Assembly: GCA_963751455.1 (NCBI GenBank)
Contig: CAVVUN010000003.1
Location: forward strand, 192,001 to 256,000
Direction of reading: 5' to 3'
Source of the DNA: Nitrospirota bacterium
GTDB taxonomy: Bacteria > Nitrospirota > UBA9217
Length of the DNA stretch: 64,000 bases
Each line of letters begins with the position of its first letter. Within the stretch, counting starts at the first letter, position 1. The translations under genes and the position numbers were made by a program. The notes below the pieces were generated by a model, which saw only the letters and a program-made list of their open reading frames with translations, searched no databases and was not told where the DNA came from. Shown one piece after another: positions 1-8,872 of the stretch.

Positions 1-2
1 AG

Positions 3-332
3 GGTCCATTCCTGCCCGGTGACGCCGGCCAGGCCTGGACCGCGCCATACCGGGAACGGCTGAGAAGTAAATATCTGAGGCTCGTTCTTCAGCAGGGTCT
101 GTACCTGGAAGAGTCCGCACAGTGGAGAAAAGCAGTGGAAATCTTTCAGCGCGGGCTTGAAACGGACGAATTCGCCGAGGAGTTCTATCAGCATCTTATG
201 ATGTGCTACCAAAGACTAGGCCAAAAGGCCGAGGCAATCAGGGTCTTTGATCATTGCAGGACGGTCTTATTTTCCGCGCTTGGAATTTCCCCCTCGAAGC
301 AAACAGAAGCGCTCTACTCTTCACTCCTGTAA
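3..332 (+). CDS. C-terminal part of a SARP/BTAD-domain transcriptional activator (5' end outside window)
   Basis: Frame 3 reads GPFLPGDAGQAWTAPYRERLR...EEFYQHLMMCYQRLGQKAEA...LGISPSKQTEALY, a typical BTAD TPR-like C-terminus. Confidence 0.85.
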   Translation, partial: GPFLPGDAGQAWTAPYRERLRSKYLRLVLQQGLYLEESAQWRKAVEIFQRGLETDEFAEEFYQHLMMCYQRLGQKAEAIRVFDHCRTVLFSALGISPSKQTEALYSSLL

Positions 333-726
333 TAAACGCGGCATGCTCCCCTCCCGTCGTTCGGCTCCAGACAAAAAACTTTTTTTAACAGTTTTCCCTC
401 TTATCATGTTGCCAATATTCCCAGAATTAACTTTTCTCAAATTTTATTCTTGACAACATAATGCACAAATATATAATCACATAACGCGGCAGAGAATTGC
501 AATATGTTCGGTTATGAAACTATTTTCCGCTTGCGTGTTTCAATAGTATATTTTGCAATTTGCAATGTAGATCAGTTCTATCCGTCGGGACAACACCCTT
601 CCCTTTCCTCCTCCGCCCGGGATACATCCGACGCAGATTAATGCAGCAAGCCGCGCTGTGGACCCATTCAGCAGAAGCAGAGGCTGTTTTTTATAAAACC
701 AGGGGAAAATAAACAGAGGAGTCGAC

Positions 727-1962
727 GTGACATTCAGATATATTTTGATGTTTTTCTGTGTATGGATGGCATCTGCAGGGAATGCCTTTGCCGGCGGACC
801 CGTGCACGGCTCCAGGGCTGCCGGCATGGGCACCGTTTTCGTGGGGGTGGCTGACGATCCCTCGGCGATTCTCTTCAATCCCGGGGGGCTGACCCAAACA
901 AAAGGGACGGTTCTGTACAGCGGCATTACCGCTGTCGCTCCCTCTACCGAGTATACGGATTCTTCGGGCTCGAACTCCGCTCGGACGGAATCGCAGGTCT
1001 TCTTTCCTCCCCATTTGTATGCCGCGACCGATCTTGACACCAACGATCTCGTCTTCGGTCTCGGGCTGTACTCTCCTTTCGGAATCGGCGGCAGAAAATG
1101 GGACCCCTCCGGTCCGACCCGGTATGTATCGGTAGAAAGCAGCATTGCAACCTTTTCCCTAAATCCCACAATTGCCTGGCGGCAATCAGAAACCCTATCA
1201 CTTGCGTTCGGGGTCGATTACCTGCGCTCTGTCATGGAAATGAAGCGTATGATCGACCAGTCCCTGGCAGGCGCCGGCGATGCTTCATCGGCAGTTGAAG
1301 CGGACGGAGGCGGATGGGGGTATAACCTGGGCGTGCTCGCAAGAATGGGGGAGGCGGTAAGGATCGGTTTTGCATACCGGAGCGCCATCAGCGTCAACAA
1401 CCAGGGAGAAATGACCATTGAGCGCATCGCCCCCGCGTTCCAGCCCCTGTTCGGAGGGGAGTCTTACAAAACCGGTGTTTCGACCAGGACTCGATTCCCT
1501 GAAATATACAGCGCAGGAATCTCCTTCACGCGGGACCGGGAGTATGTTGTCGGTGCGGACGTGGAACTTGTCCGCTGGTCCAGCTTTAAACGTATGCAAC
1601 TCAACATCGACCGGGAAGTTCCTGCAGCAGGTCTGGTTGATACCGAAACCGCCCTGGACTGGAAAGACTCCTGGCAGCTGAAGTTCGGCGCGGAGTTTTG
1701 GATGAGCGATGCCGTTGCGTTGCGGGCCGGTTACGCGTTCCTTAATTCGCCGGTTCCGGATCATACACTCGAACCGGGAAACCCGGATGCCGACCAGCAT
1801 AACATCAGCATCGGAGCGGGATACCGCGCGGCGAGTTGGTGGATCGACGGCTTTTACGATATCGCCCTCTTCCGTGACCGTTCAGTCCAGAACGGGATTC
1901 TGAACGGAACATATGAAAACCTCACCCACTACGCGGGAATAAGCGTGGGGACCACTTTCTAA
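727..1962 (+). CDS. FadL/OmpP1-family outer-membrane long-chain fatty acid/hydrophobic compound transporter
   Basis: Signal peptide; GSRAAGMG...ADDPSAILFNPGGL N-terminal motif; beta-barrel strands; C-terminal Phe. Confidence 0.9.
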   Translation: MTFRYILMFFCVWMASAGNAFAGGPVHGSRAAGMGTVFVGVADDPSAILFNPGGLTQTKGTVLYSGITAVAPSTEYTDSSGSNSARTESQVFFPPHLYAATDLDTNDLVFGLGLYSPFGIGGRKWDPSGPTRYVSVESSIATFSLNPTIAWRQSETLSLAFGVDYLRSVMEMKRMIDQSLAGAGDASSAVEADGGGWGYNLGVLARMGEAVRIGFAYRSAISVNNQGEMTIERIAPAFQPLFGGESYKTGVSTRTRFPEIYSAGISFTRDREYVVGADVELVRWSSFKRMQLNIDREVPAAGLVDTETALDWKDSWQLKFGAEFWMSDAVALRAGYAFLNSPVPDHTLEPGNPDADQHNISIGAGYRAASWWIDGFYDIALFRDRSVQNGILNGTYENLTHYAGISVGTTF

Positions 1963-2066
1963 AGCCTGTCGCTCCGAGATCTCTATTGCCCCCTTTTTGC
2001 GACAACAAGTCAAATTCGACCCAAAATAGCTCGAAATGTAACTATCAGGTGTCGCTTCCAGCTCCG

Positions 2067-2111
2067 TTTCACATATACCCGTCCGCTACGCGCGGACGGG
2101 TATATGTGAAA
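2067..2111. repeat. Perfect 20-bp inverted repeat with 5-nt loop (REP-like hairpin or terminator)
   Basis: TTTCACATATACCCGTCCGC-TACGC-GCGGACGGGTATATGTGAAA. Confidence 0.85.
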
Positions 2112-2152
2112 AGCGCTAGAATCTATCCTTTGCGATAGAGGCACATACCTGA

Positions 2153-2187
2153 AAACAGAAACGCTCTACTCTTCACTCCTGAAATAA
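2153..2187 (+). repeat. Remnant copy of the BTAD gene 3' end (direct repeat of 301-335)
   Basis: AAACAGAA(A/G)CGCTCTACTCTTCACTCCTG(A/T)AATAA, 2 mismatches in 35 nt. Confidence 0.85.
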
Positions 2188-2318
2188 GATCAGAACGCTC
2201 CCCCCCGGCTGTACCGGCCGAATACAATATCTTTTCTCCCCGCGGTTTAGCAGGAATACCGGAAAATCTTGTATTTCCCTTCATGGGCAGGCCAATTCCC
2301 AAAAAAAATGTGCAATCT

Positions 2319-2348
2319 GTGACCCTGTCGTGACTTTCTCTTTAGTAT
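2319..2348 (+). promoter_or_regulatory. Putative SARP-type promoter
   Basis: GTGAC direct repeats 11 bp apart (2319, 2330), then 8 nt, then -10-like TAGTAT. Confidence 0.45.
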
Positions 2349-2455
2349 GCTGCGCAACGAAAAGAAACCATCACTGTGCGCATATCTGAGTGTAGCATTG
2401 ATTTCGTCACAGCGGTGAAATGCCTGTGTCGGGCCGCACTCCGGAGATCGTTACT

Positions 2456-2674
2456 ATGAACAGCTATATCCTGCGCATTTACCGGGAAGAAGAAAACAAT
2501 CCGAGGAATTTCGTCGGAACCGTGGAAGAAGCGGGTGCCGGCGAGAAAAGAGCCTTCACCAGCCTCGATGAACTTTGGGCGATCCTGAATCCCGCCGCCA
2601 GAAGAAAAGCGGAAGAATTAGACGAAGCAGAGCATAACGTAAAAAGCGGGGTCCGGGTAAAACAGGGGCGCTAA
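2456..2674 (+). CDS. Small hypothetical protein (SYILRIY...FVGTVEE...GEKRAFTSLDELWAIL)
   Basis: ATG 2456; paralogous copy at 4259 with mostly synonymous changes. Confidence 0.75.
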   Translation: MNSYILRIYREEENNPRNFVGTVEEAGAGEKRAFTSLDELWAILNPAARRKAEELDEAEHNVKSGVRVKQGR

Positions 2675-2696
2675 TAAAAGAAAGAGGAGGAAGACA

Positions 2697-4228
2697 ATGA
2701 ACAGGTCATTCTTGTTATGCACCATGGTTTTAGCATTCGGGTTTCTGCTCGGGGCCTGCGGCAGTGACGGCGCAAACGGCAGTGACGGAATAAATGGCAA
2801 TGATGGGTTTTCCACGCTCACCATCATTACCGATGAACCAACAGGGGCCAACTGCGCCAACGGAGGCAAAAAAGTTGATGTAGGAGCGGACTCCGACAGA
2901 GACGGGGCCCTCGCCAGCGCCGAAACAACGACAACGTATTACCTTTGCAACGGCGCGACCGGCACAACGGGCTCAACCGGCGCTACCGGCCAGACAGGTT
3001 CAACCGGCTCGACAGGCTCAACCGGTGCAACCGGCCCGGCAGGACCAGGCGTTGCGTGGGTGAATGTCACGGGCACATCAGTACAGGCCGTGTCAAACAC
3101 CGGGTATATGGCAAACAATGTGTCCCAGGTCACGATCACAGTCCCGGCCTCGCCGGCGGTTGGCGATATTGTCCGGGTGTCTGGCGTCGGCGCAGGCGGC
3201 TGGAAGATCGCGCAGAATGTATGGCAGTCCATAATAGCAAGCGCTATCGAAATGATCGGCGCGGTCTGGACTTCGAGTGAATCAAACAGAAGCTGGTACT
3301 CCGTTGCCTCATCTTCTGACGGGACAAAGCTGGTGGCCGTGGATTACGGCAGCCAGATTTACACTTCGACGGATTCGGGCGCTACCTGGACGGTGCGCGA
3401 ATCAAACAGAAACTGGATGTCGGTTGCCTCATCTTCTGACGGGACAAAGCTGGTGGCCGCGGTTTGGAACGGTCAGCTTTACACTTCGACAGATTCGGGC
3501 GCTACCTGGACGGCGCGTGAATCAAGCAGAAACTGGTACTCCGTTGCCTCATCTTCTGATGGGACAAAGCTGGTGGCCGCGGTTTACGGCGGCCAGATTT
3601 ACACTTCGACGGATTCGGGCGCTACCTGGACGGCGCGCGAATCAAGCAGAAGCTGGAAGTTGGTTGCCTCATCTTCTGACGGGACAAAGCTGGTGGCTGT
3701 GGTTGACGGCGGCCAGATTTACACTTCGACGGATTCGGGCGCTACCTGGACGGCGCGCGAATCAAGCAGAAACTGGAGGACGGTTGCCTCATCCTCTGAC
3801 GGGACAAAGCTGGTGGCTGTGGTTTACGACGGCCAGATTTACACTTCGACAAATTCGGGCGCTACCTGGACGGCGCGCGAATCAAACAGATACTGGTTCT
3901 TCGTTGCCTCATCCTCCGACGGGACAAAGCTGGTGGCCGTGGTTTGGGGCGGCAAGATATACACTTCGACGGATTCGGGCGCTACCTGGACGCCACGCGA
4001 ATCAACCAGAAGCTGGAGGTCGGTTGCCTCATCCTCTGACGGGACAAAGCTGGCGGCTGTGGTTTACGGCGGCCAAATCTATACATCGATTCCGTCAGCT
4101 ATCCCAAACACAACGTAGGAACCGCAGGCTCAATCAGCGGCGGTCAGTATGATGCCATCGAACTGCAGTATGTAGGCAACGATACCTTCAATATCCTGAG
4201 CCATGAAGGCAGCCTCAATGTGCAGTAA
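2697..4228 (+). CDS. Surface lipoprotein: collagen-like G-x-x repeats plus 7 BNR/Asp-box 40-aa repeats (beta-propeller); frameshift near 4112
   Basis: Lipobox LGAC; EPTGANCANGG; 7x TSTDSGATW-type repeat; after the stop at 4118 a shifted frame continues VGTAGSISGGQYDAIELQYVGNDTFNILSHEGSLNVQ* to 4228. Confidence 0.8.
3280..4090 (+). repeat. Intragenic tandem repeat, 120-bp unit, ~7 copies
   Basis: GTTGCCTCATC.TC.GA.GGGACAAAGCTGG recurs every 120 nt from 3303 to 4023. Confidence 0.95.
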
Positions 4229-4258
4229 GTCGCCGGCAACGAAGTCGCGGACAAGAGT

Positions 4259-4456
4259 GTGAACACTTGCATCGCGCGAATCTACCGGGAGGAAGAAAAT
4301 AATCCGCGGAATTTCGTCGGGACCGTGGAGGAGGCCGGCACCGGCGAGAAAAGAGTCTTCACCAGTCTGGATGGGGGAAACATACACCAAGAAAGCAAAC
4401 ACAAGAAGCGTCATCCGCTCGAACCGGAGACGCTAATCCAAGGAGGTTCTTTATGA
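4259..4456 (+). CDS. Second copy of the small hypothetical protein, with a divergent C-terminus
   Basis: RIYREEENNPRNFVGTVEEAGTGEKRVFTSLD nearly identical to the 2456 ORF, then diverges. Confidence 0.55.
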   Translation: MNTCIARIYREEENNPRNFVGTVEEAGTGEKRVFTSLDGGNIHQESKHKKRHPLEPETLIQGGSL

Positions 4457-5319
4457 AGAAATTGACGAAGTTGAAGAAATTGGCTATTTGGTCAACGGCA
4501 TTCATTTTGCTGGCGGTATTCGCCGGGTGCGGCGGGGGGAGCAATGGCGGGACCAATGCCGCGGACACGGGCGGTGACACCTCTAACGATGCGGTAGATC
4601 AGGAAACGACCGCGACTCTTACCGGCATTGTGAATTCCCAGTCGGTAATGGGCCCCACTATACAGACACAAGTCCTTTCCTTCTTTACGTATACAATGCC
4701 GGAAGGTGTTCCTGGTGGTCCGGGCTCGGGCGCGTCAGCATCGCCCAGACTTTCCTCATCGCAAGTAAAGCAAAACGCGGGCATATGCGGCTCAGGCAGC
4801 TGGTTCGGTCCTGACGGGCAGGGGTGGTATTGGCGTTCCTGTCAGTGGGGTTATGGTGACGACCAAATAACTGAGTATGCCAGGAACCTGCCCTCCCCGG
4901 AAACAGGAAGTGAATATAAAACAAAATATGTCATGGGCACTGATATAGAGGGCAAGACGACGGTAGAGACCCATACGAAAACGGCCAAAAAAGAAAATAA
5001 CTTGTACAGCGGGTTCTACGATTTGAAAACCACTTCGAGTGGTTATTCCGATACAGGATGGGCGCGTTCCACATTTACCTTCGATAATTATGATTTCGCA
5101 ACCTCAGCCGGCACATTTGAATGGTGGTCGGGAGGCGATGTGAACGACTATTTCCCGTATCAGCGTTTCTTGACAATACTGGCGATTGACAAAGGCAATA
5201 ATACCCTTCACGTTAAAGTTACCTGGCATATTAACGATTCGGCGAGCAATTCTTTCAGCTGGGAATACGATTGCCCTTATCGGTCGTCCCCAATTCCGGC
5301 CTTTGCTCCTGCAAAGTGA
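4453..5319 (+). CDS. Hypothetical lipoprotein
   Basis: RBS AGGAGG; lipobox FAGC followed by Gly/Thr linker. Confidence 0.75.
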   Translation: MKKLTKLKKLAIWSTAFILLAVFAGCGGGSNGGTNAADTGGDTSNDAVDQETTATLTGIVNSQSVMGPTIQTQVLSFFTYTMPEGVPGGPGSGASASPRLSSSQVKQNAGICGSGSWFGPDGQGWYWRSCQWGYGDDQITEYARNLPSPETGSEYKTKYVMGTDIEGKTTVETHTKTAKKENNLYSGFYDLKTTSSGYSDTGWARSTFTFDNYDFATSAGTFEWWSGGDVNDYFPYQRFLTILAIDKGNNTLHVKVTWHINDSASNSFSWEYDCPYRSSPIPAFAPAK

Positions 5320-5536
5320 TATGCCTGCTGCGACGTGAAGACTGGAGCGAAGCAGGCGGAGGGGACTAAAACAAATCAGGCGCGGAGTTCGGGGAGAAAG
5401 ACAAAAAAACAGCAGTGAGAATAATCGGAGTAAACAATAAAGCAGATATCGTCAGGACTGCAGGATTGTTGTCTCGATTATTCCAAGATAGTAACGGAGC
5501 CCTTTATAAGGCCCGAAAAAACAGGAGGGAAATATC

Positions 5537-6988
5537 ATGAAGAAGCAGCGCGTTGCAGCATGGTACGGAGTGGTTCTGGTTCTTATTGCGTCCTTGGCTT
5601 TATTCGGATGCGGCGGTGGAGGAGGTGGAGGCACGCCGGGCGCCGCAACGTACACGGTCGGCGGCACGGTGAGCGGGCTGACGGGCGCGGGGCTCGTCCT
5701 CCAGAATAACAGCGGGGACGATAAGAGCATCGCCGCGAACGGCGCGTTCACATTTGCGACCGCACTCACCGGCAGTACGAGCTACACGGTCACGGTAAAG
5801 ACCCAGCCCGCAAACCAGACCTGCGTAGTCAGCAATGGTACGGGGAGCGTGTCGGCCGCGAACGTGACGAATGTGGCAATCTCATGCACGACGAACAGCG
5901 GAGTAACCACCTACACAATCGGCGGCACGGTGAGCGGACTGACGGGCGCGGGGCTCGTCCTCCGGAATAACAGCGGGGATGACAAGAGTATCGCCGCGAG
6001 CGGCGCGTTCACGTTTGCAACGGGAGTCGCAAACAGCGGGACATACAACGTCACGGTCAAGACCCAGCCCTCGAGCCAGACCTGCACGGTCGCGAGCGGC
6101 AGCGGCGCCGTGGCCGGCGCCAATGTGACGAACGTGGCAATAACCTGTGCGGCGGGTGGTGGGACCAGTAGCGGCACACATATCTATGCAACAGGCTACC
6201 ATGAGATCGTGGGGATAAATGACATGACCGGCGCAGGCTGGACCACCTTCGGAACAACCGGCACCGGTGTTAACCAGTTTGGCAGCAGTCCGCGAGGTAT
6301 TTACGCGGATGCAAACGGAAAGATCTACGTCGTGGACAAAGATAACAATCGTATCATTCGGATAGACGACATGACCGGCGCGGGCTGGGTCTCCCTGGGC
6401 AGTACGGGCGCCGGAACCAATCAGTTTAAAGGGCCGACCGGCATTACTATGGACACGGCCGGGAAAATTTATGTGGCCGACTCGGGCAACTACCGGATCG
6501 TGCGCATGGACGATATGACCGGCGCGGGCTGGACAACGCTGAGCATAAACTATCTCAGCGGCGGCATCTTCGTGGATGCGACAGGAAAAATATACGCGAC
6601 GACAGCGAGCTCGATCCTTCGGGTCGACGACATGACCGGCGCGAACCGCGTTAATTATACCGGTGCGACCAACACGTTTTCATTTCCACAAGGCATCACC
6701 GTGAATGCCGGGAAGATTTACGTGGCTGACTCATGCAATAACCGGATCGTGCGCATGGATGATATGGCCGGCACAGGCTGGACGACGCTGGCCACGAACA
6801 GCTACACCGGCTTTGGCGCTTGCGGGACGCAAAGCATCTTTGTGGATTCAGCGGGAAAGATTTATGTAGGGGACACACAAAAGGGGCTTGTACGTTTTGA
6901 TGGCATGACCGGTGCGGGCGAGACCTTAATAGTCGACTCGGTCGGCACTAAGGGATACAACTTAACGTATGGCGTCTTTGTTCGATAG
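5537..6988 (+). CDS. Lipoprotein with two tandem Ig-like repeats and an NHL-repeat beta-propeller
   Basis: Lipobox LFGC; YTVGGTVSGLTGAGLVL..SGDD x2; NHL motifs GKIYVADSGNYRIVR. Confidence 0.85.
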   Translation: MKKQRVAAWYGVVLVLIASLALFGCGGGGGGGTPGAATYTVGGTVSGLTGAGLVLQNNSGDDKSIAANGAFTFATALTGSTSYTVTVKTQPANQTCVVSNGTGSVSAANVTNVAISCTTNSGVTTYTIGGTVSGLTGAGLVLRNNSGDDKSIAASGAFTFATGVANSGTYNVTVKTQPSSQTCTVASGSGAVAGANVTNVAITCAAGGGTSSGTHIYATGYHEIVGINDMTGAGWTTFGTTGTGVNQFGSSPRGIYADANGKIYVVDKDNNRIIRIDDMTGAGWVSLGSTGAGTNQFKGPTGITMDTAGKIYVADSGNYRIVRMDDMTGAGWTTLSINYLSGGIFVDATGKIYATTASSILRVDDMTGANRVNYTGATNTFSFPQGITVNAGKIYVADSCNNRIVRMDDMAGTGWTTLATNSYTGFGACGTQSIFVDSAGKIYVGDTQKGLVRFDGMTGAGETLIVDSVGTKGYNLTYGVFVR

Positions 6989-7026
6989 CAACCGGACCGT
7001 GGCAACGAAGATGAAAACGCTTTTGA

Positions 7027-7057
7027 GGGAGCAGGACAGGGTCCTGCTCCCGTTTTT
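7027..7057 (+). terminator. Rho-independent terminator
   Basis: GGGAGCAGGAC-AGG-GTCCTGCTCCC followed by T tract. Confidence 0.8.
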
Positions 7058-7143
7058 CAGTCTGCTTGATGAAGTGGAGCAGGCGTGAGCCAAGGTAGGC
7101 AGCACCGTGCAGGTGAGCGGCACGACGCCGAATAGCATCTTAG

Positions 7144-7803
7144 CACCGGCTGATACGCACCCTCAACTTGACGCATGGCGAGGACTTTTTTCCTGATCCT
7201 TTGTGGCCCTGGCCGGTCAGGATCATTACGCTCGGAAAATTTGATATTCTAAAAGACGGCAAGCCGCTCGGTTTTACCCGCAAGGTCCAGCACAAGCCGC
7301 TCATGCTTCTCAAGGCCCTCATCACATTCGGAGGCAGCGAAGTCCCTGAAGAAAAGGGCTCTGATCTCCTCTGGCCGGATTCGGAAGGCGATGCGGCGCA
7401 CAGCGCGTTCTCAACCACGCAGCAGCGGCTGCGCTCGCTGGTCGGCAACGACAAAGCGCTGCTCCTGAACGAGAGGCGGCTGTCGCTTGACCATCGTTTC
7501 TGCTCAATCGATGCCTGGTTCTTTGAGCGGATGCATGAGCGGGCGGATGCACTGTGGCGCAGTGTTCATGATAAGAGCGGCCGCAAACAGGCGCGCGCCG
7601 CGGCGAAACGCATACCGTTACGGGGAAAAAGCACTCGAGCTTTACCACGGTTCCTTCCTGCCCGGTGACGCCGGCCAGGCCTGGACCGCGCCATACCGGG
7701 AACGGCTGAGAAGTAAATATCTGAGGCTCGTTCTTCAGCAAGGCCTGTACCTGGAAGGGTCTTCGCAGTGGCAAAAAGCGGTCGAGACCTTTCAGCGCGG
7801 GCG
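7144..7803 (+). pseudogene. Truncated, frameshifted SARP/BTAD activator paralog
   Basis: WPWPVRIITLGKF...KPLMLLKALI...LLWPDSEGD wHTH region; shift near 7600-7615 into GEKALELYHGSFLPGD; 7656-7802 nearly identical to 9-155; no proper 5' or 3' end. Confidence 0.8.
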
Positions 7804-7905
7804 GGAAGGAAAGAGAGACTTCCGACACAATCTCATTATTGCTCACCAAATGTGCAAGAGCCAGGTAGGCGTGTTTTAGGATAATTGTAACGGAAAAAAC
7901 AAAAT

Positions 7906-7944
7906 AAAAAGGACAGGCATATTGACATTGCCTGTCCTTTTTTT
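7906..7944. terminator. Bidirectional terminator
   Basis: AAAAAGGACAGGCA...TGCCTGTCCTTTTTTT. Confidence 0.8.
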
Positions 7945-7968
7945 CTTCCATTAATTTATGTAAAGATG

Positions 7969-8430
7969 TCACGGCATTTTAAATTCCTTGCCTGCTATTC
8001 TCGCAGTCAGAACGGGACAATGCGCCTTGCGCACGACCTTTTCCGCTGTGCTCCCGAACAGCATGTGATCGATACCGGTCCTGCCGTGCGTGCCGATTAC
8101 AATCAAATCCACGTTCTTTTCTTTCGCGGTCCTGATAATCTCGACAAACGGGACGCCGCGGACTACCATCTTTTCCACGTCCTTAACCTGGCCCGAAACC
8201 TCGGCAGCCCATTTATCAATTTCCTTCCAGGCGCTCTTCTCCATATCTTCGATCAGATCGGCCACCGACAGCGATGAAGGAATGTACCATTCGGCGATGC
8301 TGATGTCCTGGATAACGTAGAGCAGGATCAAACGGGCATTGTAGTCACGGGCCAGGGAAAGGGCATGGTCCATTGCAGCGCGGGCTCCTTGCGAAAAGTC
8401 AGTGGGAAAAAGGATATTCTTTATCTGCAT
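7969..8430 (-). CDS. Universal stress protein (UspA family)
   Basis: ILFPTDFS...DLIVIGTHGRTG...LFGSTAEKVVRKAHCPVL. Confidence 0.95.
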   Translation of the reverse strand: MQIKNILFPTDFSQGARAAMDHALSLARDYNARLILLYVIQDISIAEWYIPSSLSVADLIEDMEKSAWKEIDKWAAEVSGQVKDVEKMVVRGVPFVEIIRTAKEKNVDLIVIGTHGRTGIDHMLFGSTAEKVVRKAHCPVLTARIAGKEFKMP

Positions 8431-8872
8431 GGGCGCCCCCTTAGCGTGTTTTTGTGATGCTTAAATTGTATCTCCGGTTCGGCACCCTGTCAAACTGAAT
8501 CGTCATAAACCACCATGAGGGGACACAAGCTCTTTGCAAAAACAGCTGTTCGCAGTGACAAACCGGTTTTAAACGGGTCCTCGAAGGAATATTTCTTGAC
8601 TGTCAGCCTCACCTCCCATACAATACTAACTACCGAGGTCGGGAAATACTATAGCGCGCAAGAGATCAGATGTGCCTCAATTGGTAATGCCCGTAGCCGG
8701 ATTTCCTTTATCGACGCAAGGCTACATGAGGCCATGAATCCTGTCAGACCCTCGTTAGAGAACTTGTTCTGTACACTCCGCAGCTTGTTGATTTTACAGA
8801 ACAATCATTCCACTGGAAACACAGCCCGGACGTGGCGGATCTCTAATGGGTAAACGTTGAGGGGGCGGCGCA

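Noticed and set aside
540-720. Riboswitch upstream of FadL
   Set aside because: Some pairing potential (CGTCGG/CCGACG) but no recognisable aptamer consensus
3280-4090. CRISPR array or DGR template/variable repeat
   Set aside because: Repeats are in-frame 120-bp coding units without unique spacers; no cas or reverse transcriptase gene in the window; variation is not obviously adenine-specific
4116-4118. TAG readthrough (pyrrolysine or recoding)
   Set aside because: The plausible continuation is in a different frame, so it is a frameshift rather than readthrough
3277-4152. 291-aa overlapping ORF with repeats
   Set aside because: Alternative-frame shadow of the propeller repeat
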